Of a stretch of DNA of 64,000 bases, positions 1 through 8,968 are shown in pieces (the first letter of the stretch is position 1; every line of letters begins with the position of its first letter). Under the pieces are notes generated by a model, which worked only from the letters and a program-made list of their open reading frames with translations, had not been told where the DNA came from and ran no database searches. Both the position numbers and the translations under genes were made by a program. Source of the DNA: Promethearchaeota archaeon (GTDB lineage: Archaea; Asgardarchaeota; Thorarchaeia; Thorarchaeales; Thorarchaeaceae); the NCBI GenBank assembly GCA_048939765.1, contig JBHLPF010000010.1:11723-75722 (forward strand), written 5' to 3'.

Positions 1-605
1 ATCATGTATGTGGTGCCATAATCGTAGACTGACGTGGTATTGGTGTAGTCGAACCACTGGGACGCATTGGTCTGGATTATCTCTAATCTGTCCATATTGA
101 GGCCGAATGCAGACTCATAGACTGCTACTACTTCCTCAGCTATGGCAATAGCTTCGCTTGCACTGAGGTCAGTGAGTGAAGCCAATTCCCTATCTGCAGG
201 AACTTCCCAGATTGGATTAATAGCCAGCTGGAGTATAGCCATCGGACTTCCCACCGCCCCGTTGGGGAAGGGTGATAATCCGTTAAATATGAACTCCATC
301 TGACTGACATATCCATCAGCAGTGTTCATTTGGTTAGTCACTATTGTCTCAAGCGCGGACGTGTAAGCGTAGTCATAATGCGACACATTTTGCATGGACG
401 CTATGATATTATACACTCCCCCCCAGGCATCCACGTAGGATCCCATACCTTCTATCGTGGCGACGTTTGGAGGACCATCCTCTGCAGCCACTGATGAAGA
501 TACAATGGAGGCTGGCGTGCCCCGCGTGCTACCTGCAACCGCTGGGAGGAACAGAGTCATCACAACGAATGCAGCTAGAAGCAGGTTGTTTTTTCTAGTA
601 CTCAT
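1..605 (-). CDS. secreted protein of unknown function (3' end cut by window edge)
   Basis: The ATG is at 605-603 with AAGGAG about 8 nt upstream on the minus strand. The translation MSTRKNNLLLAAFVVMTLFLPAVAGSTRG... has a basic n-region plus hydrophobic core, like a signal peptide. The frame stays open to the window edge, which explains its absence from the ORF track. Confidence 0.6.
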   Translation of the reverse strand, partial: MSTRKNNLLLAAFVVMTLFLPAVAGSTRGTPASIVSSSVAAEDGPPNVATIEGMGSYVDAWGGVYNIIASMQNVSHYDYAYTSALETIVTNQMNTADGYVSQMEFIFNGLSPFPNGAVGSPMAILQLAINPIWEVPADRELASLTDLSASEAIAIAEEVVAVYESAFGLNMDRLEIIQTNASQWFDYTNTTSVYDYGTTYM

Positions 606-774
606 GAATAATTCTCCTTAGGAGTATTTTCTCGGTAGTATAGGGTATTAAGTCCCCAACAAAAACACTACACGAACAGGAAGGTATGCGGAAAGTACGT
701 ATTTGAACCTTTGTTGGCTATTTCGGCATTCGGTGTAGTGATACTCGGCGAAATGCTATTCTCATATGGAGAGT

Positions 775-2016
775 CTACTCGTCTTCCAGTTCGTCGGATT
801 CATCATCATCCACGAACTCCTCTGGCTCCTCCGAAACTGGTTCGACTTCTGGTTCAGAAATAAATTCCTCCTCCACAGATTCATCTTCAGGCTCTTCAAT
901 TTCCTCATCTTCTATAAGAATTGGAGCGCCTTCGGGCATGGGAGTGGGTTCTGGAGGTGCTCTGCCCACACGCCTAATGAAGAGTAGTGACATCAGGAGC
1001 GCAACACCAGGAAAAAGGAAGAGCTTGATGATATCTGGAGCTTTCCCAAGAATTGGCCATATAGATGCCTCAAAGGCAGCATCGACCACGAGATATCCTG
1101 ATGCCAAGAAGAAGGTGAGCGTAGCAGCAAGCTCCTTTGAGATTTTCCAGCGAGTATCCAGTTCTGCTCTGGCGGAAAGGGTTAGACCTACGGAACTCAT
1201 AGCATATAGTATGAAGAAGATAGACATACCAATATCGACAAGAAGTGACAGAACATCCAACCCAACAACTTCAGGTTTCATGACATTGTAGAGAAAGTAA
1301 GCAACATAGAACGCGATGAATAGCCCTAAGAGGGCAAGATTATCGCCCATTGTCTTGTTTCGATACCGAAGGATGAGAATACCATTCAGAAAGTTGTAGC
1401 CCAGAGCAACAAGAAGGCCAAGAATGGCTCCAATGAGCACTGGCCACTGAGCACCGTCAGTAATCAATGCGGGATTGTAGAAGAGCAGAAGGATAAATGC
1501 TCCAATCATGATAAAATAGCTGACTAGGTAAAGGGACCCGAAGAAGATTGTTACGGCTTTGGAGCGATGTTTAATATCAACCATCTCTGCGTATCCCAAA
1601 GCAGTTCTAGATGACAGATACGCCTGAAGTACAATCCATCCGAAGAAGGATATCCAGAAGAAGAATAGACTGTATAGAAATGGTGCTAGGATGAAGAGCG
1701 CCGCATAAACGACAGCGCTAACTCCAAGCCAAGGAACGAATAGGGCTAGAGAACGGCTGTAGGTTTCCTCATCTGCCAGGAACCGCTGCAGCCCAAGAAT
1801 CGCCAAGAATGAGGCAATAAGGAAGAATGTAGGGAAGATTCCGCCTATGACTGCGATCAGACCAGTAGCGAAAATGGGATAGATCTGTCCCAAGCCTCTG
1901 ACAAGATACACAAGAATCGCTGATATCAAAAAGACAAATGCAAACCATCGCAGCCTTTTAGACTCGAGGAAGAGCTCTATTCCTTTGATGAATCTGGTTA
2001 GTATAGGTATTTCCAT
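775..2016 (-). CDS. polytopic membrane protein with a strongly acidic C-terminal tail, unknown function
   Basis: The 413-aa ORF has a GGAGG-type RBS upstream of its ATG. By eye it has about 10 hydrophobic helices. The last ~50 aa are almost all D/E (EDEEIEEPEDESVEEE...DDDESDELEDE). Confidence 0.7.
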   Translation of the reverse strand: MEIPILTRFIKGIELFLESKRLRWFAFVFLISAILVYLVRGLGQIYPIFATGLIAVIGGIFPTFFLIASFLAILGLQRFLADEETYSRSLALFVPWLGVSAVVYAALFILAPFLYSLFFFWISFFGWIVLQAYLSSRTALGYAEMVDIKHRSKAVTIFFGSLYLVSYFIMIGAFILLLFYNPALITDGAQWPVLIGAILGLLVALGYNFLNGILILRYRNKTMGDNLALLGLFIAFYVAYFLYNVMKPEVVGLDVLSLLVDIGMSIFFILYAMSSVGLTLSARAELDTRWKISKELAATLTFFLASGYLVVDAAFEASIWPILGKAPDIIKLFLFPGVALLMSLLFIRRVGRAPPEPTPMPEGAPILIEDEEIEEPEDESVEEEFISEPEVEPVSEEPEEFVDDDESDELEDE

Positions 2017-2067
2017 CTCCTATTCCTCCTTATGTTGCGCATTGACAGAGCGAGGCCACTTTTATTT

Positions 2068-2562
2068 CTACGCTAGAGCCTCTTTTAGAACATGAACAAG
2101 TTCAGCTTCTAGCGTAGGTTTCACACTTGGTTTTTCAACTATCACAGCAACTCTATTGCCATCGCTATCGAATATCTCAATCCAAGGAATCGCGGTTACA
2201 CCCCACTCCTCCATCTCTGGAGGTGATGGTGGGATCTTCCATTGATGATCAGGATCCAATGGAGCTGTCTTGATACCGCCAAAACATCTTACATCTAGCC
2301 CAATCTTTTCTTCCAGATGCATTAGAACCGGAAGTGCAGCCCGGCAATCTTTGCACCATCCTGCACTCATCACTACAAATACGAGGCCTTCAGCTAGAGT
2401 CTTGAGTTCCTGTGTCGACTGAGGATCCAGTTTGTATTCATCATAAACCTCAAGAAATTGACCTCCCGCCTTACCTTCTATACTCTCAACATAATCTCTG
2501 GCATTCTTTGTTCTCTTTCTGATATCGTCCAAGTCGACCATTGCGTTTCCGACACGGACCAT
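2068..2562 (-). CDS. thioredoxin-fold protein (WCxxC)
   Basis: The motif SAGWCKDCRAALPVL sits in a context resembling a thioredoxin-like fold, and the protein is 164 aa. Confidence 0.65.
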   Translation of the reverse strand: MVRVGNAMVDLDDIRKRTKNARDYVESIEGKAGGQFLEVYDEYKLDPQSTQELKTLAEGLVFVVMSAGWCKDCRAALPVLMHLEEKIGLDVRCFGGIKTAPLDPDHQWKIPPSPPEMEEWGVTAIPWIEIFDSDGNRVAVIVEKPSVKPTLEAELVHVLKEALA

Positions 2563-2647
2563 GCTGCCTCTAAAAGGCTTCTATATGTAAAGGACTAGTA
2601 GCCCTTGCAATCATGGAGTATGTCGCCCCAATGCTGAAATGTGATGA

Positions 2648-3226
2648 ATGCTGATTTCTCAAGCAAGCAAGGAGTGGTACGACCTGGCAGAAGTCTACAA
2701 GGCTATTGTTCTTGGCCCGCCAAATGTGGGGAAAAGCTCACTGATTAGACGCTATCAGGCAGGGGAATTTAGTGATGGGTACACTGCCACTGTCGGAATG
2801 GACATGAAAGCAGCTACGTTTGACTTCCCAGACGGTTCTGTTGTCCTCACAGTTGTTGACATCGGAGGACAGTCAACTTTCACGGGTCTAAGAAGCCGTT
2901 TTTTTGCTGGTTCTCATCATATGATTCTTGTCTTTGACAAGACTGACCGATCCACGTTTGACTCGATTCCAGAGTGGCATGGATCATTGACTAAGAATGT
3001 GAACATACCTGAGAAGCTCTTCCCAAGAGGGTCCCTTGTAGGGAATAAGGCCGATTTGAAGGACCAAGAGGCAGTCACTGCGGAGGAGGGGGAAAGGATG
3101 GCGGATATCTTGACTTTGACCTATTTTGAGGCAAGTGCCAAAACGGGGCTGAATGTCGCAGAACTCTTTCTGAATGCTGCGACTGAATCCAGGCAGCTGG
3201 TCAAGACACGAGCCAGAGAGGCATAA
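2648..3226 (+). CDS. Ras-superfamily (Rab/Arf-like) small GTPase
   Basis: G1 is GPPNVGKS, G3 is DIGGQ, G4 is GNKADL and G5 is EASAKTG. There is no C-terminal Cys or CAAX box. Confidence 0.9.
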   Translation: MLISQASKEWYDLAEVYKAIVLGPPNVGKSSLIRRYQAGEFSDGYTATVGMDMKAATFDFPDGSVVLTVVDIGGQSTFTGLRSRFFAGSHHMILVFDKTDRSTFDSIPEWHGSLTKNVNIPEKLFPRGSLVGNKADLKDQEAVTAEEGERMADILTLTYFEASAKTGLNVAELFLNAATESRQLVKTRAREA

Positions 3227-3305
3227 TTGATAACCTCAGGTACAAGTCCCAACAGTTAAAACCCCGGCCAAGCTCATCAAATCGCTTTGATTCGAGGGAT
3301 GTGTT

Positions 3306-4649
3306 TTGGACACCATAGAGGCAGTCACAAAGAGAAAATGGATGGCACTTTATGCCTTCTTGATAATGGACTTCGTGCAAATTCTGCTTGTGTCGGTCCT
3401 GTATCTTGATGAGCGGGACAATCCTCTTGTTGTTGGCATTGATTTTTCGAGATTTGAACCAGGTGCATCCCTGACTCTATTCATTGGAATCAGTTTGCTC
3501 CAACTCTTCCTTGTATACTACGTTGCAATAGCCATGCAGCGAGACCCAGATTTGGTGCTACTCTATCCCGATTATAAGGAAACGGATGAGTGTGCCTGTC
3601 GGTTCTCACGTGATGAAATCGTCAATTGGACTCTTGAAACTGCGAAGATGAGTGGAGTTTCAGTAAGCAGAATCTATCTGATGAAATCACCGCTTCCCAA
3701 TGCATTCACTTTTGGTCTCCCTTTGATGGGCTCCATCATTGTTGTGCATAGCAATATCTTGGATGTGCTTGAGCCTGAAGAAGTAAAAGCGATTATCGCT
3801 CATGAGGTCGGACATATCAAGAACCGTGATTCTATCATTCAGATTCTTGCCAGAATGCCCGCTTTCTTTATTGATACAATCTATATCTATGTCTACGTGC
3901 GAATAGCACTGGCTATATCGGACTCCCTCTTTATCGCAGGCGATGTCATTTTAGCTGGGATTCGTTTTCTAGTCTTATTGGCATTCTTCGGTCTATCTAG
4001 ATTCCTTGCAGCTCTATCGATGTTCCTGATGCAGATAGGATCTCGGGAAGCTGAGCTATTATCTGACTATCATGCTGCTGAAGTCATAGGAGCCGAACAT
4101 ACAATTAATGGCCTCATCCGTCTGGGTCAGCGGTCTGAGGCGATTTCTGTGCTAATCGATGAGATTCGTTGGTTGGAATCACTCAATCCTGAAAGGACCG
4201 GGGTCGTAACCCGGAAGGAACTTGTTCGAATGATTGAGCAATATCCGCTTGATGGTATTGATGAGGCTAATGCTCGGCATATGGCTCCATGGGTCTTTCT
4301 GGCAACAAGACTGAAACACATGAGGGAAGTCTATGGAGTAGACCTCAGCGATCAGCAGATCAAGTCAGCTATCGAGCCAGCCATGGCTTTCCTTGAGGAA
4401 AAGAGACCTGAGAGAGAGGAAGCAGCCGAGGAAGGAGACAAGACGCCTAAGACAATTGACTGGAGATCAGTGGATTACGATGGTGACCGCCGCCTCTCAG
4501 ATGATGAATTGAAAGACTTGCTTGAGCTACTTCGAACTAATCCAAAGAAGCTCATGTTTGATAGCGAGGTTGGGAAGAACTTGATGGCTTTGAGCCATCC
4601 TGACTTCAGACGACGAGTGCTAACAATTGCTGATGCATTTGGTCTCTAA
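3306..4649 (+). CDS. M48 (HtpX-like) membrane zinc metalloprotease with a C-terminal EF-hand-like loop
   Basis: The HEXXH motif is HEVGHIKNRD and is flanked by TM helices. The C-terminal soluble extension contains DYDGDRRLSDDE. The start is either TTG at 3306 or ATG at 3342. Confidence 0.85.
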   Translation: MDTIEAVTKRKWMALYAFLIMDFVQILLVSVLYLDERDNPLVVGIDFSRFEPGASLTLFIGISLLQLFLVYYVAIAMQRDPDLVLLYPDYKETDECACRFSRDEIVNWTLETAKMSGVSVSRIYLMKSPLPNAFTFGLPLMGSIIVVHSNILDVLEPEEVKAIIAHEVGHIKNRDSIIQILARMPAFFIDTIYIYVYVRIALAISDSLFIAGDVILAGIRFLVLLAFFGLSRFLAALSMFLMQIGSREAELLSDYHAAEVIGAEHTINGLIRLGQRSEAISVLIDEIRWLESLNPERTGVVTRKELVRMIEQYPLDGIDEANARHMAPWVFLATRLKHMREVYGVDLSDQQIKSAIEPAMAFLEEKRPEREEAAEEGDKTPKTIDWRSVDYDGDRRLSDDELKDLLELLRTNPKKLMFDSEVGKNLMALSHPDFRRRVLTIADAFGL

Positions 4650-6196
4650 ATTCTTGCAGCTTCTCGTGCAGCATCCTTTTCAACCTCAGCTGGACTGAGG
4701 CCTCGGAACAAGGAGATGATAATACCGAATACCGCCAGTATTGCTAGGGTCCAAACAGTGAACTGGAATGCCAGTGTATATGCATTGACATAAATGGGGC
4801 CAGAGGTGGCTCCAGTGGTATTGATAGCTGCGAAATTCAACGAGAAGACTGTTGTCACAAGAGCTGTAGCAATTGAGAAACCAGTTGTTCGAGCGATGTT
4901 TGTTAGAGCGCTTATTACGCCCATGTATTCTCGGGGTGTCGAAGTCATAATGAAGTTGCTATTTGCCACACTGAAGAATGATAGACCAAATCCAAGAATC
5001 ACAATTCCAAGCACTGGTAGAATTAGAGACATCCATGGAATTGCAGTAAGATTGGGCATTGGCTGAATACCGGCCAAAGCCATTCCAAAGAAAATTAGGC
5101 CAATGAATTGAGCAAAGAGACCTACAACAGTCTGAGTCTTTGCTGTGACTCTCTCTGAAACAAATCCTGAGAACGGTCCCACTACCGAGATAACTAATGG
5201 GTGTGCTACAAGTACGAAGCCCGTAGCAACCTGTGTGAAGCTTTTCGCGTCTTGGAGATAGAAGGGTAAGAGGAATGACACAGGTACAAGAGACATGTAA
5301 GCAAGAAGAGCTGAGAATATACTCGTGGATATCCGCCTATCAGCCAGGACATTCATCGGGATTATGGGCGTGATGAAAGTCCTCTCTCTAATAATGAATG
5401 CTATGAAAGAAACAAGGAAAATTGCGAGGAGTAGTATCAAGTCAGGGAATACTGGAATTGTCCCCATAATGGAAACGCCAAAGATCAGCGTGAATAGAAA
5501 GGTCAGGAAAAGCAGTGCCCCAGCTGTGTCGAATCTTACTTCATGTACGCACTCAGTTTCAGGGATAGTCGCCCAGACAACGAGGAATCCTACAACGCCA
5601 ATTGGCAGATTGATGAGGAATATACTCTGCCATCCAAAGAATTCACTAAGAAAACCGCCCAGGACTGGACCTAGAGCCAGGGCTGCAGCCAAGACAATGG
5701 AACTCAATCCTATAGCTCTCCCACGATTCTTTGGTGTAGTGAAGTAGGTGACTAGAGCCAGTCCATTAGCTGACATCATACTTGCGCCAAAGGCCTGGAA
5801 TATCCTTGATATAAGCAGGAATTGAAGGGTTGGACTGAGCGCACAGAATAGTGATCCAATCACAAAGAAGATCATTCCCCATTGGAAGACCTTTGTCTTG
5901 CAGAATCTATCCCCAAACTTGCCCATAAGGGGCATAAATGAGGTCATAATCAGGAGGTATGAGAGGACAACCCACTGAATCTCAGCCATCTCGACGCTTA
6001 GGCTGGTTGCCATTGTTACTAATGAAACGTTCACAATCGACGAGTCAAGAGCACTCAGGAACACACCAAAGCTTGTCGCTGCCACAATCTTGTACGGACC
6101 AGGCATTTCGATGCCCGTTACTATAGATTGCTGTCCTTGGTCTATCATTGCGTCATCGCTCGTCCTTGCAATTATCCGTTGAAGTCCAACCTGCAA
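4646..6196 (-). CDS. MFS transporter, DHA2/EmrB-like drug:H+ antiporter type
   Basis: The 516-aa protein has about 14 hydrophobic helices. The N-terminal LDSSIVNVSL motif and the GDRFCKTK loop are typical of 14-TM MFS exporters. Confidence 0.85.
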   Translation of the reverse strand: MQVGLQRIIARTSDDAMIDQGQQSIVTGIEMPGPYKIVAATSFGVFLSALDSSIVNVSLVTMATSLSVEMAEIQWVVLSYLLIMTSFMPLMGKFGDRFCKTKVFQWGMIFFVIGSLFCALSPTLQFLLISRIFQAFGASMMSANGLALVTYFTTPKNRGRAIGLSSIVLAAALALGPVLGGFLSEFFGWQSIFLINLPIGVVGFLVVWATIPETECVHEVRFDTAGALLFLTFLFTLIFGVSIMGTIPVFPDLILLLAIFLVSFIAFIIRERTFITPIIPMNVLADRRISTSIFSALLAYMSLVPVSFLLPFYLQDAKSFTQVATGFVLVAHPLVISVVGPFSGFVSERVTAKTQTVVGLFAQFIGLIFFGMALAGIQPMPNLTAIPWMSLILPVLGIVILGFGLSFFSVANSNFIMTSTPREYMGVISALTNIARTTGFSIATALVTTVFSLNFAAINTTGATSGPIYVNAYTLAFQFTVWTLAILAVFGIIISLFRGLSPAEVEKDAAREAARI

Positions 6197-6261
6197 TTAA
6201 GGGTATGGCTACACTCTTGTAAGGCGGAAGCATTTTCATCTGCCAGGGCTTCCTATGACCT

Positions 6262-7080
6262 ATGACTGATTTTGATCTTCTTCATAAGAAGGCACGCCAT
6301 GATATCAGGATGTGCCTCCAATCGTGGATTAAGGTGCTGAAGGATGAACTCGGAGAACGCATTGACTATGTCTATTCCAAGGGATCATCAATGAAGAACT
6401 GGGACTCCCCAATTGATTATGTGCCTGTACTCAGTGATGTTGATATCCACATCCTTCTCAAAGATGAGGAGGACCTTTTCTTTGGCTGCAAGGACAGATT
6501 CGAGGCTGCAATGCGCTTCTCCAAACGATATGAAGATCACTTCTTTGAACTGGAACCAGAGCCTCTTCATTTTCCACGCAGCCAGTTGGTTCATGTCAAC
6601 CCGTTCCGGAGAGAGAAATGGTTTGTAATGCCTAGGGTCGATGCAGTACAACCTCTTATAGGAGATCCTAAACCTGCGAAGATTCCCCCAGATGATACTA
6701 TCCGAGAAATCGACTTGGGGAATCTAATCGAGCTAAAGGAGTATCTCCATGAAGTCGTCATGAGTGCTGTGGACAGAGCTGGTTTCGACTTCTGGTCAAT
6801 GATTAGACGTATGCTGTGGAGAGTTTCACCATCACCTGTACGAGTGATAACCCAGACCCATGGAGATCCAGCTGAGGTTTGGAATTGGAATCGAACTCAG
6901 ATATGTGCTCAACTGCTGTACATGGACTTGTGTAAAATGGAGCGGCTCTACAGAGCATTCTACATGGCTGGATGGCGGCTGTTCATCTCTGGCTATACTA
7001 GCCGCGATGATTTCCGGGATATGGCATACAATGGATACTATCTTTTGAAGGAATGCCATCAGTACGCTTTGAACATGTGA
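6262..7080 (+). CDS. putative nucleotidyltransferase-fold protein
   Basis: The segment KGSS...SDVDIHILL resembles the minimal NTase G[GS]-x(n)-DxD pattern, although the spacer is longer than usual. The rest is unrecognised. Confidence 0.4.
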   Translation: MTDFDLLHKKARHDIRMCLQSWIKVLKDELGERIDYVYSKGSSMKNWDSPIDYVPVLSDVDIHILLKDEEDLFFGCKDRFEAAMRFSKRYEDHFFELEPEPLHFPRSQLVHVNPFRREKWFVMPRVDAVQPLIGDPKPAKIPPDDTIREIDLGNLIELKEYLHEVVMSAVDRAGFDFWSMIRRMLWRVSPSPVRVITQTHGDPAEVWNWNRTQICAQLLYMDLCKMERLYRAFYMAGWRLFISGYTSRDDFRDMAYNGYYLLKECHQYALNM

Positions 7081-7160
7081 AGCATGTAGTACCCTCTGGG
7101 TTTATCTGCTGCATGACTCGCTTTCTCAACAACGACCTCGATAACTCAGGCGGTTCTCGT

Positions 7161-7952
7161 ATGCGTGAATACAGGATGCTACCAACGGTTCTCTACAAGG
7201 GAGGAAAGCGGCTAGCAGAAGAGGATGCCATTGCAATAGAAACGGCACTGGAGCTAAGGCTAGATGAGGATTTCATTGCGGCTTTTGTATGCACTCCAGG
7301 CTTGGAGGATGAGCTGGCTGTAGGATTTCTCCTGTCTTCCGGAATTGTTGCTCAACCGGATCACATCGCCTCAGTGAAGACTGTAAACAATCGATGTACA
7401 GTCAAACTAGTGAATGGAGTTGAGGCAAGAAGGGATAACATACCTGCTATACGACGAGTAGTAACGACAGAGTGCTCAGCTCCAGACATGCTGAGGACCC
7501 TTCGTACTGGTGGAAAGGTACCGCGACTTGATTTCACGCTAGAGGTTGAGCCAGATCAGATATTCTCCATATCTTCTGAGATGAAAGAGGTGCAAGAGGT
7601 CCATAAGAAGACTGGCGCAACTCATGCAGCCCTCATTCAAGAGATAGGTAGAGGAGCCCGAATAATTGCAGAGGATTTAGGGCGACACAATGCCGTTGAC
7701 AAGTGCATCGGGCTGGCAGCAGCACAATCAAAAGACTTCAGGAAATGCCTCCTTATCAGCAGTGGCCGACTTACTGCAGATATCGTTTCCAAATGCGCAT
7801 GGGCATCCATACCTCTCCTTGTATCATCATCGGTTGCTACTGATGCAGGAGTCAAAGTTGCCGAAAAAGGCAACATAACACTGATTGGAGCCTTACGCGG
7901 AAGCCGAATGCGAGTCTACCACGAGGGTGCAGCTAAACTGTTTCACGAGTAG
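7161..7952 (+). CDS. fdhD: FdhD-family sulfurtransferase (formate dehydrogenase accessory protein)
   Basis: Motifs KKTGATHAA, EDLGRHNAVDKCIG and LLISSGRLTADIVSKCAWASIPLLVSSSVATD are present. I chose the ATG at 7161 (MREYRML) because the track start at 7053 overlaps the upstream gene. Confidence 0.85.
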   Translation: MREYRMLPTVLYKGGKRLAEEDAIAIETALELRLDEDFIAAFVCTPGLEDELAVGFLLSSGIVAQPDHIASVKTVNNRCTVKLVNGVEARRDNIPAIRRVVTTECSAPDMLRTLRTGGKVPRLDFTLEVEPDQIFSISSEMKEVQEVHKKTGATHAALIQEIGRGARIIAEDLGRHNAVDKCIGLAAAQSKDFRKCLLISSGRLTADIVSKCAWASIPLLVSSSVATDAGVKVAEKGNITLIGALRGSRMRVYHEGAAKLFHE

Positions 7953-8867
7953 GTGAGTTGTGTGTCAAAGCCCAAGAAGGCATCTTCTGTCAAGGTTCGT
8001 TCAATTCTTAGTAAATATGGCATTGTCCCGGACAGAGAGCACGGTCAGAATTTCATCACAGATCGAAACCTGATTGACAGGGAGGTTTCTCTTGCTGAGG
8101 TCCGGAAGAAGGACATAGTACTCGAGATTGGACCAGGCATAGGCATTTTGACCGAAGCACTTGCGCGAAAGGCAAAACGAGTAATAGCTGTTGAGATAGA
8201 CGCCCAATTTCGCGATATTCTTGCGGACCTGCAGAAGCGTTCTCCAAATCTAGAAGTTGTATTCGATGACGCATTGACTGTTGATTTCCCATTCTTCAAC
8301 AAAGTTGTGTCAAACTTGCCCTTCAGGGTCGCCCTTCCAATCCTATTCAAGCTCATGGATTATGACTTCGAACTTGCCATTCTCATTTGCCAGGAGCGAT
8401 TAGCTAGGCGAATCTCAGCAAAACCCCGCGATTCCGGATATAGCCGTATCAGTGTACAAGCCGCAAGAAGAACAGAAACGAGGCTTCTGCATACTATTTC
8501 AAAAGCCAAATTCTATCCATCGCCCAATGTAGACGCCGCCCTTCTCCAGCTCAAAAGAGTAGCACCAAAATTCGAAGTTCCATCAGAGCAGTTTTTCAAA
8601 GAAGTGCTGAAGTATTTCTTTGCTTTCAGAGAAAGATCAGTCACCAAGGCGCTGAATACACTAAAGGCATTCGCAATATCGAAGAGTGAGATGATGCGGG
8701 CTAGACGCTTGATTGGAGAACGCATAGCGAGAAAAGAAGTCTTTGCAGTGACTCCTCATGAGTTTGGCAGAATCACACGTATTATCTGGGACGAATTTGG
8801 CGACATAACTCGAAGGTTCTATACGTACTATGATAAGATGAACCTCTATCAGCGCGATGCCGAGTAG
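7953..8867 (+). CDS. rsmA: 16S/18S rRNA adenine dimethyltransferase (KsgA/Dim1 family)
   Basis: Motifs GQNFITD, the SAM motif VLEIGPGIGILTE, and VVSNLPF are present. The GTG start directly abuts the fdhD stop codon. Confidence 0.9.
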   Translation: MSCVSKPKKASSVKVRSILSKYGIVPDREHGQNFITDRNLIDREVSLAEVRKKDIVLEIGPGIGILTEALARKAKRVIAVEIDAQFRDILADLQKRSPNLEVVFDDALTVDFPFFNKVVSNLPFRVALPILFKLMDYDFELAILICQERLARRISAKPRDSGYSRISVQAARRTETRLLHTISKAKFYPSPNVDAALLQLKRVAPKFEVPSEQFFKEVLKYFFAFRERSVTKALNTLKAFAISKSEMMRARRLIGERIARKEVFAVTPHEFGRITRIIWDEFGDITRRFYTYYDKMNLYQRDAE

Positions 8868-8968
8868 CCAAGAAAGAGGCGAATCTTGCACCACTTTACC
8901 CCAACAAGATACAACGTTTATTCATAACAATAGGAGCACAAATTCTCTGGCAGAGGTGAGGATGTGCA

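Noticed and set aside
2648-4649. I considered whether the M48 protease acts as a Ste24-like CAAX protease on the adjacent small GTPase.
   Set aside because: The GTPase ends ...KTRAREA with no cysteine, so there is no CAAX or CC prenylation site. The protease looks HtpX-like (M48B) rather than Ste24-like (M48A).
7053-7160. The ORF track extends the 5' end of the FdhD ORF (MPSVRFEHVKH...).
   Set aside because: The extension overlaps the preceding gene's 3' end, and the FdhD-homologous sequence begins after the ATG at 7161. Similar over-extensions were trimmed at 35432-35521, 43580-43756, 43640-43720, 28743-28751 and 52549-52554.
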